64,000 nucleotides of DNA. Origin: Acidobacteriota bacterium (lineage in GTDB: Bacteria; Acidobacteriota; Vicinamibacteria; Vicinamibacterales; CAVVIG01). The stretch lies in the NCBI GenBank assembly GCA_003222535.1, contig QHWJ01000237.1:5641-69640 (forward strand). The letters run 5' to 3'. Below the pieces are notes generated by a model. It was not told the origin of the DNA, did no database searches, and worked only from the letters and a program-made list of their open reading frames with translations. Of this stretch, positions 37,270-47,249 are shown one piece after another (the stretch's first letter is position 1; each line of letters opens with the position of its first letter). The position numbers and the translations under genes are program-made.

Positions 37270-38169
37270 ATGCGCCCTCATATCGTTTTCTCCCTTTGCC
37301 TTGCACTCGCGGCCCTGGCGTGCGGGAAAGCGCCCGATCGGCGGAGCTTCACGCTCCAGGGCCAGGTCGAATCGGTCGACCCGGCGAAGAAAACCGTCGT
37401 GGTGAAGCACGAGGAGATCAGAGGCTTCATGCCGGCAATGACGATGCCTTACCAGGTGCAGGACGGGAAAGCGCTGGACGGTCTTGCCCCCGGCGACCTG
37501 ATCAACGCCACGCTCGTCGTCGTCTCGAACGGCGCCTACCTCACGAACTTCAAGAAGGTCGGGACGGCGCCGCTCGAGAAGCCGCCGGCCGAGGCGTCCA
37601 ATCCGCCGGCGGCGGCGTCGGGCTTCGAGCTACTGAAGCCCGGCGAAGCGGTGCCCGAGGGATCGTTCGTCGATCAGGACGGCGGGAAACGACGCTTCAG
37701 CGCGTTCAAAGGCTCGCCCCTTGTCATGACATTCATCTACACGAGGTGTCCGCTGCCAACCTTCTGTCCGCTGATGGATCGGCACTTCGTCACTCTTCAG
37801 AAAACGCTGAAAGAGGATCCGTCTCTGCAGGGCGTACGTCTGGTCACGGTGAGCTTCGACCCGGTCACCGATACCCCGGCGGTGCTCAAACAGCACGCGA
37901 AGAGACTGAGCGCGGACCATACCCGCTGGACGTTCCTGACGGGCGACCGCGACGACGTGGATCAGTTTGCCGCGCGGTTCGGGGTCTCGGTGGCGCGCGC
38001 GCTCAACGATCAGCGCGACATCACGCACAACCTGCGGACCGCGATCATCGGCGCCGACGGCACGCTGGTGAAGGTGTATACGGGCAACGACTGGTCACCG
38101 GAACAGGTCCTCGCGGATCTTCGGGGACTGCGGACTGTGCGGGAACTGGGGACTGGGGACCGGGGCTGA
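37270..38169 (+). CDS. Lipoprotein with CusF-like domain fused to a SCO1/SenC domain
   Basis: Lipobox LAC; HEEIRGFMPAMTM; FIYTRCPLPTFCP; SFDP..DTP; HNLRT. Confidence 0.88.
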   Translation: MRPHIVFSLCLALAALACGKAPDRRSFTLQGQVESVDPAKKTVVVKHEEIRGFMPAMTMPYQVQDGKALDGLAPGDLINATLVVVSNGAYLTNFKKVGTAPLEKPPAEASNPPAAASGFELLKPGEAVPEGSFVDQDGGKRRFSAFKGSPLVMTFIYTRCPLPTFCPLMDRHFVTLQKTLKEDPSLQGVRLVTVSFDPVTDTPAVLKQHAKRLSADHTRWTFLTGDRDDVDQFAARFGVSVARALNDQRDITHNLRTAIIGADGTLVKVYTGNDWSPEQVLADLRGLRTVRELGTGDRG

Positions 38170-38173
38170 CGAC

Positions 38174-38842
38174 TTGAGGGCTCAGGGCTTCACTCCGAGA
38201 GAGCGGAGGCTCGTCGCGCGATTGCGCACACCGCTCGCCGTCCAGAAGTATCTCAACCAGCTGCCGTACAACCAGGAACCCGGCGGACGAGCCACGCTGC
38301 GCAGTTTCCGCGGCGTTGTCCGCAACGGTTGCGCACATTGCCTCGAAGCGGCGCTGTTCGCCGCGGTCGTCCTCGAAACACACGGCTATCCCCCGCTCGT
38401 CCTCAGCTTCGAGTCCATCGACGAGCTCGATCACGTGATGTTCGTCTACGAGCGCGGCGGGCGCTGGGGCTCGGTGGCGCGCTCCCGCGACCCCGGGCTG
38501 CACGGAAGAAAGGCGGCCTACGCGACGCCTCGCGCCCTTGCGCTCAGCTACTTCGACCCATACATCGATTTCACGGGGCGGATCACCGGTTACGCGCTGG
38601 TGAACCTCGCCGCCTTGATGGGCGATTACGACTGGCGGCTGGCCGAGACCAATGTCTGGAAGGTGGAGCGGATGCTGCTCGATCATCCGCACAGCCGCAT
38701 CCGGTCGTCGGATCGTCGGGTGGAGGCCCTGCGGGCTCGATATCGTGCGTTCAGGGCGCGGTTTCCAAGCCGAAAGCCGCTGTTCTATCGACAGCGCGAC
38801 CGCTGGACGCCATTGCCCGAAGAATTCCGCTATGAGGGTTGA
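38174..38842 (+). CDS. Conserved hypothetical protein, possible transglutaminase-like Cys/His fold
   Basis: AHCLEAALFAA, DHV, WGSVARSR; typical codon usage. Confidence 0.65.
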   Translation: MRAQGFTPRERRLVARLRTPLAVQKYLNQLPYNQEPGGRATLRSFRGVVRNGCAHCLEAALFAAVVLETHGYPPLVLSFESIDELDHVMFVYERGGRWGSVARSRDPGLHGRKAAYATPRALALSYFDPYIDFTGRITGYALVNLAALMGDYDWRLAETNVWKVERMLLDHPHSRIRSSDRRVEALRARYRAFRARFPSRKPLFYRQRDRWTPLPEEFRYEG

Positions 38843-38878
38843 TCGGAGCGCCGGGGTCCATTATTCTTTTTCGTCCTC

Positions 38879-38998
38879 GTGCTGTCCGTCCTGATCATCG
38901 TCGTCCTGATCGTGGCGATCTTTGCCTTCGACATCGGCAGCCGGTGGTGGCGCGAAAACGAATGGAAGCGCCGCTGGCGCCAGAAAGATGAGGACTGA
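38879..38998 (+). CDS. Small single-pass membrane protein (start uncertain)
   Basis: VLSVLIIVVLIVAIFAFDIGSRWWRENEWKRRWRQKDED*; below the ORF-track cut-off. Confidence 0.5.
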   Translation: MLSVLIIVVLIVAIFAFDIGSRWWRENEWKRRWRQKDED

Positions 38999-39024
38999 GC
39001 CGGGCGTCGGCGCAGGTGGCGCGC

Positions 39025-39327
39025 TCAATCGAGATCGAAGTCTCGCGTCGGCCGGGTCACCGGTTCTTCGCGCGCCTGATTGAGCGCTTCCTCGAACCGT
39101 TTCGACAAGGCATCCCCGCGCCCCTTCTCCGCGTCCACCGACTGCTGGAAAATCGCCTCGCGGCGCTCGGCTTCCCGCGCGAGAATCCGCTGCGCGTCGC
39201 TGAGCTCCGGCTTGTTCCCGCGATCAGGCTCCTTGTGGGACACGACGCGGCCGAGGTTCGTGTCGATCACCAGAATGGCCTGACAGCAGGGGCAGGGCAC
39301 CTCGATTTCCGATTTCAGCTTCGCCAT
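39025..39327 (-). CDS. Hypothetical protein with CPCC motif and coiled-coil
   Basis: EVPCPCCQAILVID..RPTRDFDLD; abuts the upstream gene. Confidence 0.75.
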   Translation of the reverse strand: MAKLKSEIEVPCPCCQAILVIDTNLGRVVSHKEPDRGNKPELSDAQRILAREAERREAIFQQSVDAEKGRGDALSKRFEEALNQAREEPVTRPTRDFDLD

Positions 39328-39717
39328 CTACGGTTTTCTCCCCAGGACCCCGGCGAGCCCACCGACCTCGAACGCCTTCTTCAGCTCGAACGGCGTGCCG
39401 TCGGGCAGCTTCGCCGTCAGCCGGAGATCCGTTACCTGCATGCGATGAAAGTCGAAACGCTGGCCGAAGCCGGCGACGAAGGTGTCGAGCGGCGCCTGGA
39501 GCCGCCCGCCAGCCGGCACCGACGACGTTGTGACGCGGTAATAGGTGTTCAGCCAGATCTCGACGCTCCTCCAGTCGCGCGACGATTGATTGGTGACCGT
39601 CAGCATGTTGCGCTCGAGCGACAGCGGCTCGACCGGCAGCTTGCGGCAGCCCGCTGTCGTGACGGCCGCCAGCACTGCGCATCCGAGAAGACGACCGGCC
39701 AGTAAGCGCGTCACCAC
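39328..39717 (-). CDS. Hypothetical lipoprotein
   Basis: Signal with TAGC lipobox; beta-rich mature part. Confidence 0.7.
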   Translation of the reverse strand: MVTRLLAGRLLGCAVLAAVTTAGCRKLPVEPLSLERNMLTVTNQSSRDWRSVEIWLNTYYRVTTSSVPAGGRLQAPLDTFVAGFGQRFDFHRMQVTDLRLTAKLPDGTPFELKKAFEVGGLAGVLGRKP

Positions 39718-39733
39718 GGACTATCATAGCGTA

Positions 39734-40468
39734 GTGACTCAGGGGCCGCGCCCGACGTTGCGCGTCGCGACCTACAACATCCATCGCTGCCGCGGCATCG
39801 ACGGCCGCACGCGTCCGGAGCGGATCGCCTCGGTGCTCCGCGCGGTAGACGCGGACGTGGTCGCGCTGCAGGAGGTCGTCGGCGCCGGGCCTCGCGGCGG
39901 CGGGCACGCGGAAGCGATCGGCGCTTCGCTCGGCATGGGGTGGGTGATGGCGCCGGCGCGGCAGTTTCGCGGTCACCAGTTCGGCAATGCGGTGCTCAGC
40001 CGGCTGCCGATCACGCAGCATCTCGCGCACGACCTGTCATGGAAGACGTGCGAGCCGCGCCACATGCAGCGCGTGGACATCTCGGCCCACGGCACCACGC
40101 TGCACCTGTACAACGTGCATCTCGGCACGGCGATCCTCGAACGGCGCAGCCAGGCGCGGCGGCTGGCGATCATCGTGTGCGACCGCCACGTCACCGGTCC
40201 GAAGCTGGTGCTCGGTGATTTCAACGAATGGATGCGCGGACTGGCGACCTCGCTGCTGAACGAGAAGCTCAGCAGCGTGGACCTGCGGGATTTTCTCCGG
40301 CGCAAGCGGACACAGAGGACCTATCCCGGCCTCTTCCCCATCCTGCACCTCGATCGTATCTACTACGCCGGACGCGTCGAAGTCGTCGCCGTCGAGCTGC
40401 CCCGCACGCGCCTGTCGCTCGTCGCCTCGGATCATCTGCCGCTGGTGGCCGATGTCAGGCTGGGCTAG
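39734..40468 (+). CDS. Endonuclease/exonuclease/phosphatase (EEP) family protein
   Basis: VATYNIH, VALQEV, GNAVLSR, LGDFNE, LDRIY, ASDHLP. Confidence 0.9.
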   Translation: MTQGPRPTLRVATYNIHRCRGIDGRTRPERIASVLRAVDADVVALQEVVGAGPRGGGHAEAIGASLGMGWVMAPARQFRGHQFGNAVLSRLPITQHLAHDLSWKTCEPRHMQRVDISAHGTTLHLYNVHLGTAILERRSQARRLAIIVCDRHVTGPKLVLGDFNEWMRGLATSLLNEKLSSVDLRDFLRRKRTQRTYPGLFPILHLDRIYYAGRVEVVAVELPRTRLSLVASDHLPLVADVRLG

Positions 40469-40469
40469 C

Positions 40470-40703
40470 AGGGCGGATAGGCCAGGGAGGTCACATAGGT
40501 CGGGTAGGCTAGGTGGGTCTGGTAGGTCGGGTGGGTCGGGTAGGTCGCGTAGCGCAGTCGGTCGGGTAGGGCAGGTAGGTCAGGTGGGTCAGGTGGGTCG
40601 CGTAGCGCAGTCGGTCGGGTAGGGCAGGTAGGTCAGGTGGGTCGCGTAGGGCACGTCGGTCGGGTAGGACAGGTAGGTCGGGTCGGTCGCGTAGGACGGG
40701 TGG
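40470..40703. repeat. About 230-nt array of 9-nt GGTAGGTCG-type units with an exact 48-nt duplication
   Basis: 40543-40590 is identical to 40596-40643. Confidence 0.9.
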
Positions 40704-40761
40704 GATGCCCCACCGGACTTACGCGGCCGGGGATTCGTTTAGAGTCGACGGGCGCCGGCCT

Positions 40762-41658
40762 TCACTCGGCTTCCTCGGCGAGCTCGAGCATCGGCATTGC
40801 ATCGACGACGCTCGGCATCCTCCGCGTGGCGCGCTGTGCCGTCGCGGCGCGCGCTTCCTCATACACACGCTTCGGGACGGCCTGAACGTCCCACGCGAGG
40901 CCGACCGCGGCCATCGCCCTGATCGTGTACCACGTCAGATCGAGCTCCCACCAGTAGAACCCGTTCCGCGCGGCCCGCTGGTAGCGGTGATGGTTGTTGT
41001 GCCACCCCTCGCCGGCCGCGAAGAACGCGGTGAGCGGGTTGTTGCGCGACTCGTCGAGCGTTTCGAAACGCCGCGATCCGAACATGTGGTTGACCGTGTT
41101 GATCGCGAACGTGGCGTGCGCCAGCGTCATCGTCGGCAGGCAGAAGCCCCAGACGAGCCAGGGCCATCCCCCCGTGAGAAAGAGCGTCAGCGCGAGCGCA
41201 AGCGGCGGGAAAAAGAAATAGCGCTCGAGCCAGGCGATTTCAGGCACCTTCGAGAAATCGCGGATGACCGGGTTGGTCGCCTCCACGCGATCGTACTTCG
41301 TGTCGTTCAGGAACCAGCCGATGTGCGCGTAGTAGAAGCCGCTGATCATCGGGCTGTGCGGATCGCCGTCACGGTCGGCGAACTTGTGATGGTTCACGTG
41401 GTGCCCGGCCCACCAGAGAGGCCCCTTCTGCATCGCGGCGGTCGCGATGAGGGTCCAGACGAACCGCGCGGAGCGGTTCATCTTGAACGCCCGATGCGCG
41501 AAGTATCTGTGGAACGCCAGCGTGAGGCCGACGGCTCGGAGGAAGTGTGACACGGCCCAGAGCGCGACGAACGCCCACCTGAACGGGACCGCGAACACGA
41601 GAAGCGCCGACACCTGAACGAGCCAGAAAATCGAGACTTGAAGAATGTTTGGAAGCAC
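40762..41658 (-). CDS. Delta-9-type acyl-CoA/lipid desaturase
   Basis: His boxes HRYFAH, HVNHH, HNNHH; DPHSP; GEGWHNNHH. Confidence 0.92.
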   Translation of the reverse strand: MLPNILQVSIFWLVQVSALLVFAVPFRWAFVALWAVSHFLRAVGLTLAFHRYFAHRAFKMNRSARFVWTLIATAAMQKGPLWWAGHHVNHHKFADRDGDPHSPMISGFYYAHIGWFLNDTKYDRVEATNPVIRDFSKVPEIAWLERYFFFPPLALALTLFLTGGWPWLVWGFCLPTMTLAHATFAINTVNHMFGSRRFETLDESRNNPLTAFFAAGEGWHNNHHRYQRAARNGFYWWELDLTWYTIRAMAAVGLAWDVQAVPKRVYEEARAATAQRATRRMPSVVDAMPMLELAEEAE

Positions 41659-41661
41659 GGA

Positions 41662-42828
41662 TTAAATCTCTCGCAGCGCACGGGCGACGGGGATGCGGGC
41701 CGCGCGAATCGCAGGGAGCAGGCCGCCGACTGCCCCCATCACGACGGAGAAGATGAGACCGCCGGCGAGCAGGGCCGGTGTGATTCTGAACTTGAATGCC
41801 ACTTCGCTGAAGCTGGAAAAATTCGTGGTGCCGGTCGACATCCCGTGCACCGGCAGCGCCAGGAGGCAGCCGAGCACGCCGCCGACGAGCGCCAGCGCCA
41901 TGGACTCGGCGAGGAACGCGGCGACGATGCGGGAACCGGAGAAGCCGAGAGCCCGCAGCGTGCCGATCTCCCGCGTGCGGTAGGCGACCGCCGCGTACAT
42001 GGTGTTCATGGCGCCGAACACGGCGCCGATCGCGAGGATGAGCGTCACGAATGTGCCGAACACGCGAATCACCGTGGTCAGGGCGCGCGACTGTTCCGCG
42101 TAGTAGTCCTGCTCGCGCTGCGCCTCGAGATACAGGCGCGGATCGCCGGTGACCGTCGCGTTGAACGATTCGAACATCGAAGGATCGGCCAGCTTGACGG
42201 TCATCGACTGGTAGCCGTCGCGCTGGAACGCCGGCATCATCAAATCGACGTCGCCCCACACTTCCGACTCGAACGCGGCATCGTCGGCCGTGAAGATGCC
42301 GACGACGTTCCACGTCGCGCTGCCGAACTTGACGGTGCTGCCGAGCGTCAGCCCCTTGAAGCGGCCGACGGCGGCCTTGCCGACGTTGATCTCGCGCGTG
42401 CCGGGCGCGAAGCGCCGCCCGTCGACGACCTTCAGGTTGTCGCGGACTTCGAAGGCCTTCGGGCCGACGCCGCGCGCCGGCACGTTTGCCGGCTGGTTGT
42501 CGGACTGGCGTGGCAGCGCGATGATCACGACGAGCTCGGACGAGGACAACGGGCGTCCGTCCGGACCGCGCGCCACCTGCGGCAGCGCTTCGACGATCGG
42601 CACGTCGGACCGCAGGACCGCGCTGACGGTCTCGGCGGTCGCGCTCTTGCGGAGCACGATCGCGTTCTGCGGCGATCCGCTGACGACGAGCGTCTGCCGG
42701 AACCCCTGCGCGATCGCGAGCGTCATCACGAACACCGCGACGACCATCGCGATGCCGCCGGCCGTCATCGCCGCCGTGCCCTTCCGCACGATCATCGATC
42801 GCAGGTTATAACTTGCTATAAGACCCAT
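41662..42828 (-). CDS. ABC transporter permease (MacB/FtsX-like)
   Basis: RTREIGTLRALGF, FLAES, GLLPAIRAAR. Confidence 0.9.
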   Translation of the reverse strand: MGLIASYNLRSMIVRKGTAAMTAGGIAMVVAVFVMTLAIAQGFRQTLVVSGSPQNAIVLRKSATAETVSAVLRSDVPIVEALPQVARGPDGRPLSSSELVVIIALPRQSDNQPANVPARGVGPKAFEVRDNLKVVDGRRFAPGTREINVGKAAVGRFKGLTLGSTVKFGSATWNVVGIFTADDAAFESEVWGDVDLMMPAFQRDGYQSMTVKLADPSMFESFNATVTGDPRLYLEAQREQDYYAEQSRALTTVIRVFGTFVTLILAIGAVFGAMNTMYAAVAYRTREIGTLRALGFSGSRIVAAFLAESMALALVGGVLGCLLALPVHGMSTGTTNFSSFSEVAFKFRITPALLAGGLIFSVVMGAVGGLLPAIRAARIPVARALREI

Positions 42829-42847
42829 GCTGTACTGTTTTGCACTT

Positions 42848-43009
42848 AGTATCCCGTCCCCGTGGTTCGCGACATAACTCCCGGGCGGGGCATCCCGGCT
42901 GGCGGCGTTGCTCCTCCCTCACATATTCCCGATATGCTCGGTCGTCGCGCCTTGCCATCCGGGCGCCGCGCTCCGGGATTTATGCCACGATCCACGGAGA
43001 CGGGACACT
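42848..43009. mobile_element. 162-bp MITE-like palindromic element with 37-bp imperfect terminal inverted repeats
   Basis: 42848-42884 vs reverse complement of 42973-43009: 31/37 match; internal stem GGCGGCGTTGCTCCTCC..GGTCGTCGCGCCTTGCC. Confidence 0.7.
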
Positions 43010-43093
43010 CGTCACCGCTGAGCATGGTGCGACGCGCTCACCATGAGCGCTCGAGCCCGACCCGGTCGAACGGTGCGAGCGCGGCGTGCCCGT

Positions 43094-44245
43094 TCACGCG
43101 GCCCGCCGCAACGCATCGACGATCTTCAGCCGCGAGGCCATCGTCGCCGGAATGAGGCCGGCGAGGAGGCCGATGAGCACGCTGAGCCCGAGCCCCGTGA
43201 TCATGTTCGCGCCGTTGACGCCGACAGCCGGGATGAACGTGCCCGCGTTGAGGAACTCGGGGTTGACGATCGCCCGGGCGAGGCCGGCGCCGACGACGCC
43301 GCCGAGGATGGCCATCATCAGACCCTCGCCGGCGATCAGCAGAAAAATCGTCGACGACGGGAAGCCGAGGGTGCGCATCACGGCGATCTCGGTGGTGCGC
43401 TCGCGGACCGACATCGCCATCGTGTTGCCGGCCACGAACAGCGTCGTGATCACGACGGCGATGCCGATGCTGCCGAGCAGCAGGTTGAGGTTGCCGAACA
43501 TCGATACGAACGAGCTCTGGAACGCGCGCTCGGTCTCGGTCTTCGTCTCGTAAGGCGAGTTGGCGAACTTCTGATCGATTGCGGCCGAGACTTGCGCCGC
43601 ATGATCGGGGTTGGCGATCTGCATCACGTACCAGCCGGCCTGGCCTTTCACGACCGACCGCTCGTCGGCGTACTTCCAGTGGAACCACATCGACTGGTTG
43701 TCCACCGACCCGCCGCCGCTGCGATAGATCCCGCGGACGTTGAAGTCGAAGTCCTGCCGGCCGTACGTCGGGATGCCGACCTTCAGCGTGATCTTGTCGC
43801 CGATCTTGAAGCCGTAGACTTTCGCGAGGCCGTCGCCGACGATGCAGCCGGTTCGATCGTCGAGAAAGGCTTTCCGCTCGTCCGGCGTCAGCAGGATCTC
43901 CGGGTATATCCGCAGGTAGCTCTCGGGCTCGATGGCGAACTGCGCGAAGAAGTTCCGGGGATCCTTGTAGATCCCGCCGAACCAGCTGGCCCACGTCAGA
44001 TCCTGCACGCCGGGCGTGTTCCGGATCTGCTCGGCGTGGCTGGTCGGCATCGAGAAGATGAGGGACGTCGAACGCTGCGTGACGATCCTCGTGGACGAGC
44101 TCCCTTCCGCGCCGGCGTTGAATCCGTCGAGGACGGCGCGCAGCGCGGCAAACAGGAATACCGCGATCGCCACGCTGATGACCGTCAGCAGCGTGCGCCG
44201 TTTGCTCCGCCGCGCGCTCTTGAGAATGAGACCGATGAACTTCAT
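43094..44245 (-). CDS. ABC transporter permease (MacB/FtsX-like)
   Basis: [25 protein letters not shown]. Confidence 0.9.
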   Translation of the reverse strand: MKFIGLILKSARRSKRRTLLTVISVAIAVFLFAALRAVLDGFNAGAEGSSSTRIVTQRSTSLIFSMPTSHAEQIRNTPGVQDLTWASWFGGIYKDPRNFFAQFAIEPESYLRIYPEILLTPDERKAFLDDRTGCIVGDGLAKVYGFKIGDKITLKVGIPTYGRQDFDFNVRGIYRSGGGSVDNQSMWFHWKYADERSVVKGQAGWYVMQIANPDHAAQVSAAIDQKFANSPYETKTETERAFQSSFVSMFGNLNLLLGSIGIAVVITTLFVAGNTMAMSVRERTTEIAVMRTLGFPSSTIFLLIAGEGLMMAILGGVVGAGLARAIVNPEFLNAGTFIPAVGVNGANMITGLGLSVLIGLLAGLIPATMASRLKIVDALRRAA

Positions 44246-44931
44246 GCGCCCACCTTGACCTGCTCGACGAGCGTGCCCTTTTCGAGGTGCAGCAAACGGG
44301 CGGCGCGCTCGGCCGCGTGCGGGTCGTGCGTCACCATGACGATCGTCTTCTTGAATTCCTGGTTCAGCCGCTGCAGCAGCGTCAGCACCTCGCCGGCCGA
44401 CTTCGCGTCCAGATCGCCCGTTGGCTCGTCGGCCAGCAGCAGCGTGGGGTCCGTGACGATCGCGCGCGCGATCGCGACCCGTTGCTCCTGCCCGCCCGAG
44501 AGCTGCCGGGGATAGTGCTTCTCGCGGTCGCCGAGGCCGACGATGCCGAGCGCGGTCATGACGTGATCGCGGCGCTGCTTCTTCGACAGGCTGGTGAGCA
44601 GCAGCGGCAGCTCGACGTTCTCGAACGCCGTCAGCACCGGAATCAGGTTATACAGCTGGAAGATGAAGCCGATGTGCCGCGCGCGCCACCCCGCGAGCGC
44701 GCGCTCCGAGAGGCGGCTGATCTCGACCTCGCCGATGCGGATCGACCCGCGCGTCGGCCGGTCGATGCCGGCGAGCAGGTTCAACAGCGTCGACTTGCCG
44801 GACCCCGACGGTCCCATCAGCCCGAGGAAGTCGCCGCCGTCCACGGTGATCGTCACGCCGTCGAGGACCGGAATCTCGATCTGGTCGCGCCGGTACGACT
44901 TCGTCACGTCCCGCAGGTCGATGAGCGCCAT
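44242..44931 (-). CDS. ABC transporter ATP-binding protein (LolD/MacB-like)
   Basis: [32 protein letters not shown]. Confidence 0.95.
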   Translation of the reverse strand: MALIDLRDVTKSYRRDQIEIPVLDGVTITVDGGDFLGLMGPSGSGKSTLLNLLAGIDRPTRGSIRIGEVEISRLSERALAGWRARHIGFIFQLYNLIPVLTAFENVELPLLLTSLSKKQRRDHVMTALGIVGLGDREKHYPRQLSGGQEQRVAIARAIVTDPTLLLADEPTGDLDAKSAGEVLTLLQRLNQEFKKTIVMVTHDPHAAERAARLLHLEKGTLVEQVKVGA

Positions 44932-44936
44932 GCAGC

Positions 44937-46223
44937 CTATGTTCCTTTCACGCGGACGAGCGCGCGGTCGGCGAGTCCCGCCGGTGGATTCAGGATGACG
45001 GCGTCTCCCCTCATCACGCCGCTGCGGACTTCGATTTGGTCGAGGCGGTCGGCTCCAAGCGTCACAGGGCGCCGGACCGCGCTTCCGCCCGTCACGACCC
45101 AGACATGCGATTGCCCGTTCTGCTCCGTCACCGCGCGTTTGGGCACGAGGACGACGGGCACCGGCGGCACCTGGGCCACGGCGCTCGCGGCTCCGCGTCC
45201 CGCGTCCGCCCTGTGCGGCTCCTGGAACGTAACGCTCGCGGTCATCTCCGGCTTCACGTGCGCATCCGCATTCAGGATGGTCACGCGGACTTCGACGATC
45301 GCCTTCGCGCGATCGGCGGACGGAAAGATCTGCCGCAACCGTCCCCTGTACACCTGATCCTGATAGGCCTGCAGCTTCACCTCGGCGGGCATGGCCGGCG
45401 TGAGCTTCGCGACGCTGTTCTCGCTGACCTCCGTCTGGACCTCGAGCTCGGCGAGATCCGCGATCGTCGCGATCGCGCCGCCTTCACGCGACGCCTGCCC
45501 CGCCACGCCGAAGGGCGACACGGTCTCCCCGACTTCCGCGCGCTTCTTGATGACGACGCCGTCGAAGGGCGCGCGGACGCTGGTGTTCTCGACCGCCTCC
45601 TCGGTCACCCGCACGCGCGCGCGCGCCGACGCGATGGCGGCTTCCGCGGTTTTCACCCGCGCAGTGGACACCGCCGCTGCCGACCCAGCCCCGCTCAGCG
45701 CCGCGTCCGTCGTGATGCCGTCCTTCGCCAGCGCACGCTGCCGTTCCAGGTTGCGGACGTCCTCTTCGCGTGCCGCGACGGCCTGTGCGAGCTGCGCCTC
45801 GGCCTCCGCCACGGCGCGGCGCGAGGCCTCGAGCTGCGCATCGATGTCGGCGTGCTCGATCTCGGCGATCACCTCGCCCTTCCGCACGCGCGTGCCCTCT
45901 TCGAACTTGAGCCGCGCCAGGCGTCCGCCCGTCTTCACGCCCACGTCGCTGCTGTGGCGGGCGACGACGTATCCCGTAGCGACCAGCACCGGCAGATCGG
46001 TCGAGCCGCCCGCCGTCACGACCACATGCGTCGCGTGCGCGATTTCCACCTCCGGCGCCCGGCGCTCCGCCAGATACGCCCGCGCGGTCGGATACACCGC
46101 GGCTCCGGCGACGGCGAGCGCTACCAGCATGGCCCACGGGAGCCAGCGCCGGCGCGGGGCGGCGTCGCGATCGATGCGCAGGCGCGATAAGTCGCCAGCC
46201 GGCGAGTCAGAGCGAATTGTCAC
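44937..46223 (-). CDS. Efflux periplasmic adaptor subunit (MacA/HlyD-like)
   Basis: TM anchor, ATGYVVAR, coiled coil, [14 protein letters not shown]. Confidence 0.9.
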   Translation of the reverse strand: MTIRSDSPAGDLSRLRIDRDAAPRRRWLPWAMLVALAVAGAAVYPTARAYLAERRAPEVEIAHATHVVVTAGGSTDLPVLVATGYVVARHSSDVGVKTGGRLARLKFEEGTRVRKGEVIAEIEHADIDAQLEASRRAVAEAEAQLAQAVAAREEDVRNLERQRALAKDGITTDAALSGAGSAAAVSTARVKTAEAAIASARARVRVTEEAVENTSVRAPFDGVVIKKRAEVGETVSPFGVAGQASREGGAIATIADLAELEVQTEVSENSVAKLTPAMPAEVKLQAYQDQVYRGRLRQIFPSADRAKAIVEVRVTILNADAHVKPEMTASVTFQEPHRADAGRGAASAVAQVPPVPVVLVPKRAVTEQNGQSHVWVVTGGSAVRRPVTLGADRLDQIEVRSGVMRGDAVILNPPAGLADRALVRVKGT

Positions 46224-46234
46224 GGAAAAAAACA

Positions 46235-46324
46235 GGATCGGCGATCGAAAGATCGGGTGATCGGCGATCTTGACGGTGATCTTAGCCTACTTCGCCGATC
46301 ATCCGATTGCCCGATCGCCGATGC
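46235..46324. repeat. GATCGGC/GCCGATC tandem inverted repeat
   Basis: GATCGGCGATCGAAAGATCGGGTGATCGGCGA ... TCGCCGATCATCCGATTGCCCGATCGCCGAT. Confidence 0.7.
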
Positions 46325-46326
46325 GG

Positions 46327-46551
46327 CTAGCCTTCCTCTTCGAACTCTTCTTCTTCCGGCGGGCCGAGACGCGTCGACGGACGCAGCGCTTCCCGGTAGT
46401 CGAACAGCGGCAGATCGCGCACGTGCAGCGAAAGCGTGCAGGCTGGCGACTTCTGGTCAACGACGACGGTGACGGGACTGCCTTCGACGCCCTCTCGGAA
46501 CGCGAGGCGGCAGCCGCAGGCAAGCCGGGCGTGAGTGAACCCCTTCAACAT
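46327..46551 (-). CDS. Small hypothetical protein, possible Zn-binding (CGC..C....H) with acidic tail
   Basis: MLKGFTHARLACGCRLAF..ACTLSLH..EEEEFEEEG; TATGAT 8 nt upstream. Confidence 0.65.
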   Translation of the reverse strand: MLKGFTHARLACGCRLAFREGVEGSPVTVVVDQKSPACTLSLHVRDLPLFDYREALRPSTRLGPPEEEEFEEEG

Positions 46552-46560
46552 CGCCCCCGA

Positions 46561-47160
46561 TCATACTACAGGCGGGCCCGAAGACCCGCGCTCCAAAAGA
46601 GACTTAATCTCGTGTTCGAACGCGTCTTTCGACGAGAGCCCCGTGTGCTTGGTGCACATCCGCCCGTCGCGCGAAATCAGGACCGTGACCGGAATGCCGA
46701 AAATCGGACCGAAGGCGTCCTGCAGGTCGTCATGATCGAGCCCCTGCAGGACCAGATAGTTCATTTTCATCTGCGCGACGTACGGTTTGAGCTTGTCGAT
46801 CGTGTCGTCCACCGACACGCCGACGACCTGCAAGCCGTCCTTGCCGTACTTCTGCTGGAACTCGATGAACCAGGGAATCTCGATCTTGCACGGGCCGCAC
46901 CAGGTGGCCCAGAAGTCGAGCAGCACCACCTTGCCCTTCAGCGACGCCAGCGGCACCTCCGTGTTGTTGATGTCCTTGAGGGTGAAGTTCAGGTTCGCCG
47001 GTTTCGCCGCCGCGGGGCAGGCGTAGGTTGCCGGCGCCCCGGTCGGGGCCGCCGAAGCCTCGTCCCGATGGAAGCCCCACTCCGGCGTCGCGTTCAGCGT
47101 CAGCAGCGCCAGCGCGAGGGCGCCAACCGCTGCGATCGCCCATCGAATGCTCATGTGCAT
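46561..47160 (-). CDS. TlpA/ResA-family thiol-disulfide reductase
   Basis: LLDFWATWCGPCKIEIP; N-terminal anchor. Confidence 0.92.
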   Translation of the reverse strand: MHMSIRWAIAAVGALALALLTLNATPEWGFHRDEASAAPTGAPATYACPAAAKPANLNFTLKDINNTEVPLASLKGKVVLLDFWATWCGPCKIEIPWFIEFQQKYGKDGLQVVGVSVDDTIDKLKPYVAQMKMNYLVLQGLDHDDLQDAFGPIFGIPVTVLISRDGRMCTKHTGLSSKDAFEHEIKSLLERGSSGPPVV

Positions 47161-47166
47161 CTCCGT

Positions 47167-47243
47167 TGGGACCGGGGACTAGGGGACTGGGGGACTCAGC
47201 TACTAGCGCGCAGTCTATAGTCCCCAGGTCCCCAGTCCCCAAT
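47167..47243. repeat. GGGGACT/AGTCCCC heptamer tandem inverted repeat (STRR1-like)
   Basis: GGGACCGGGGACTAGGGGACTGGGGGACT ... AGTCCCCAGGTCCCCAGTCCCCA. Confidence 0.85.
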
Positions 47244-47249
47244 CCTATC

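Noticed and set aside
38840-38842. Second possible Sec codon
   Set aside because: No Cys or redox motif context and no convincing hairpin at SECIS distance.
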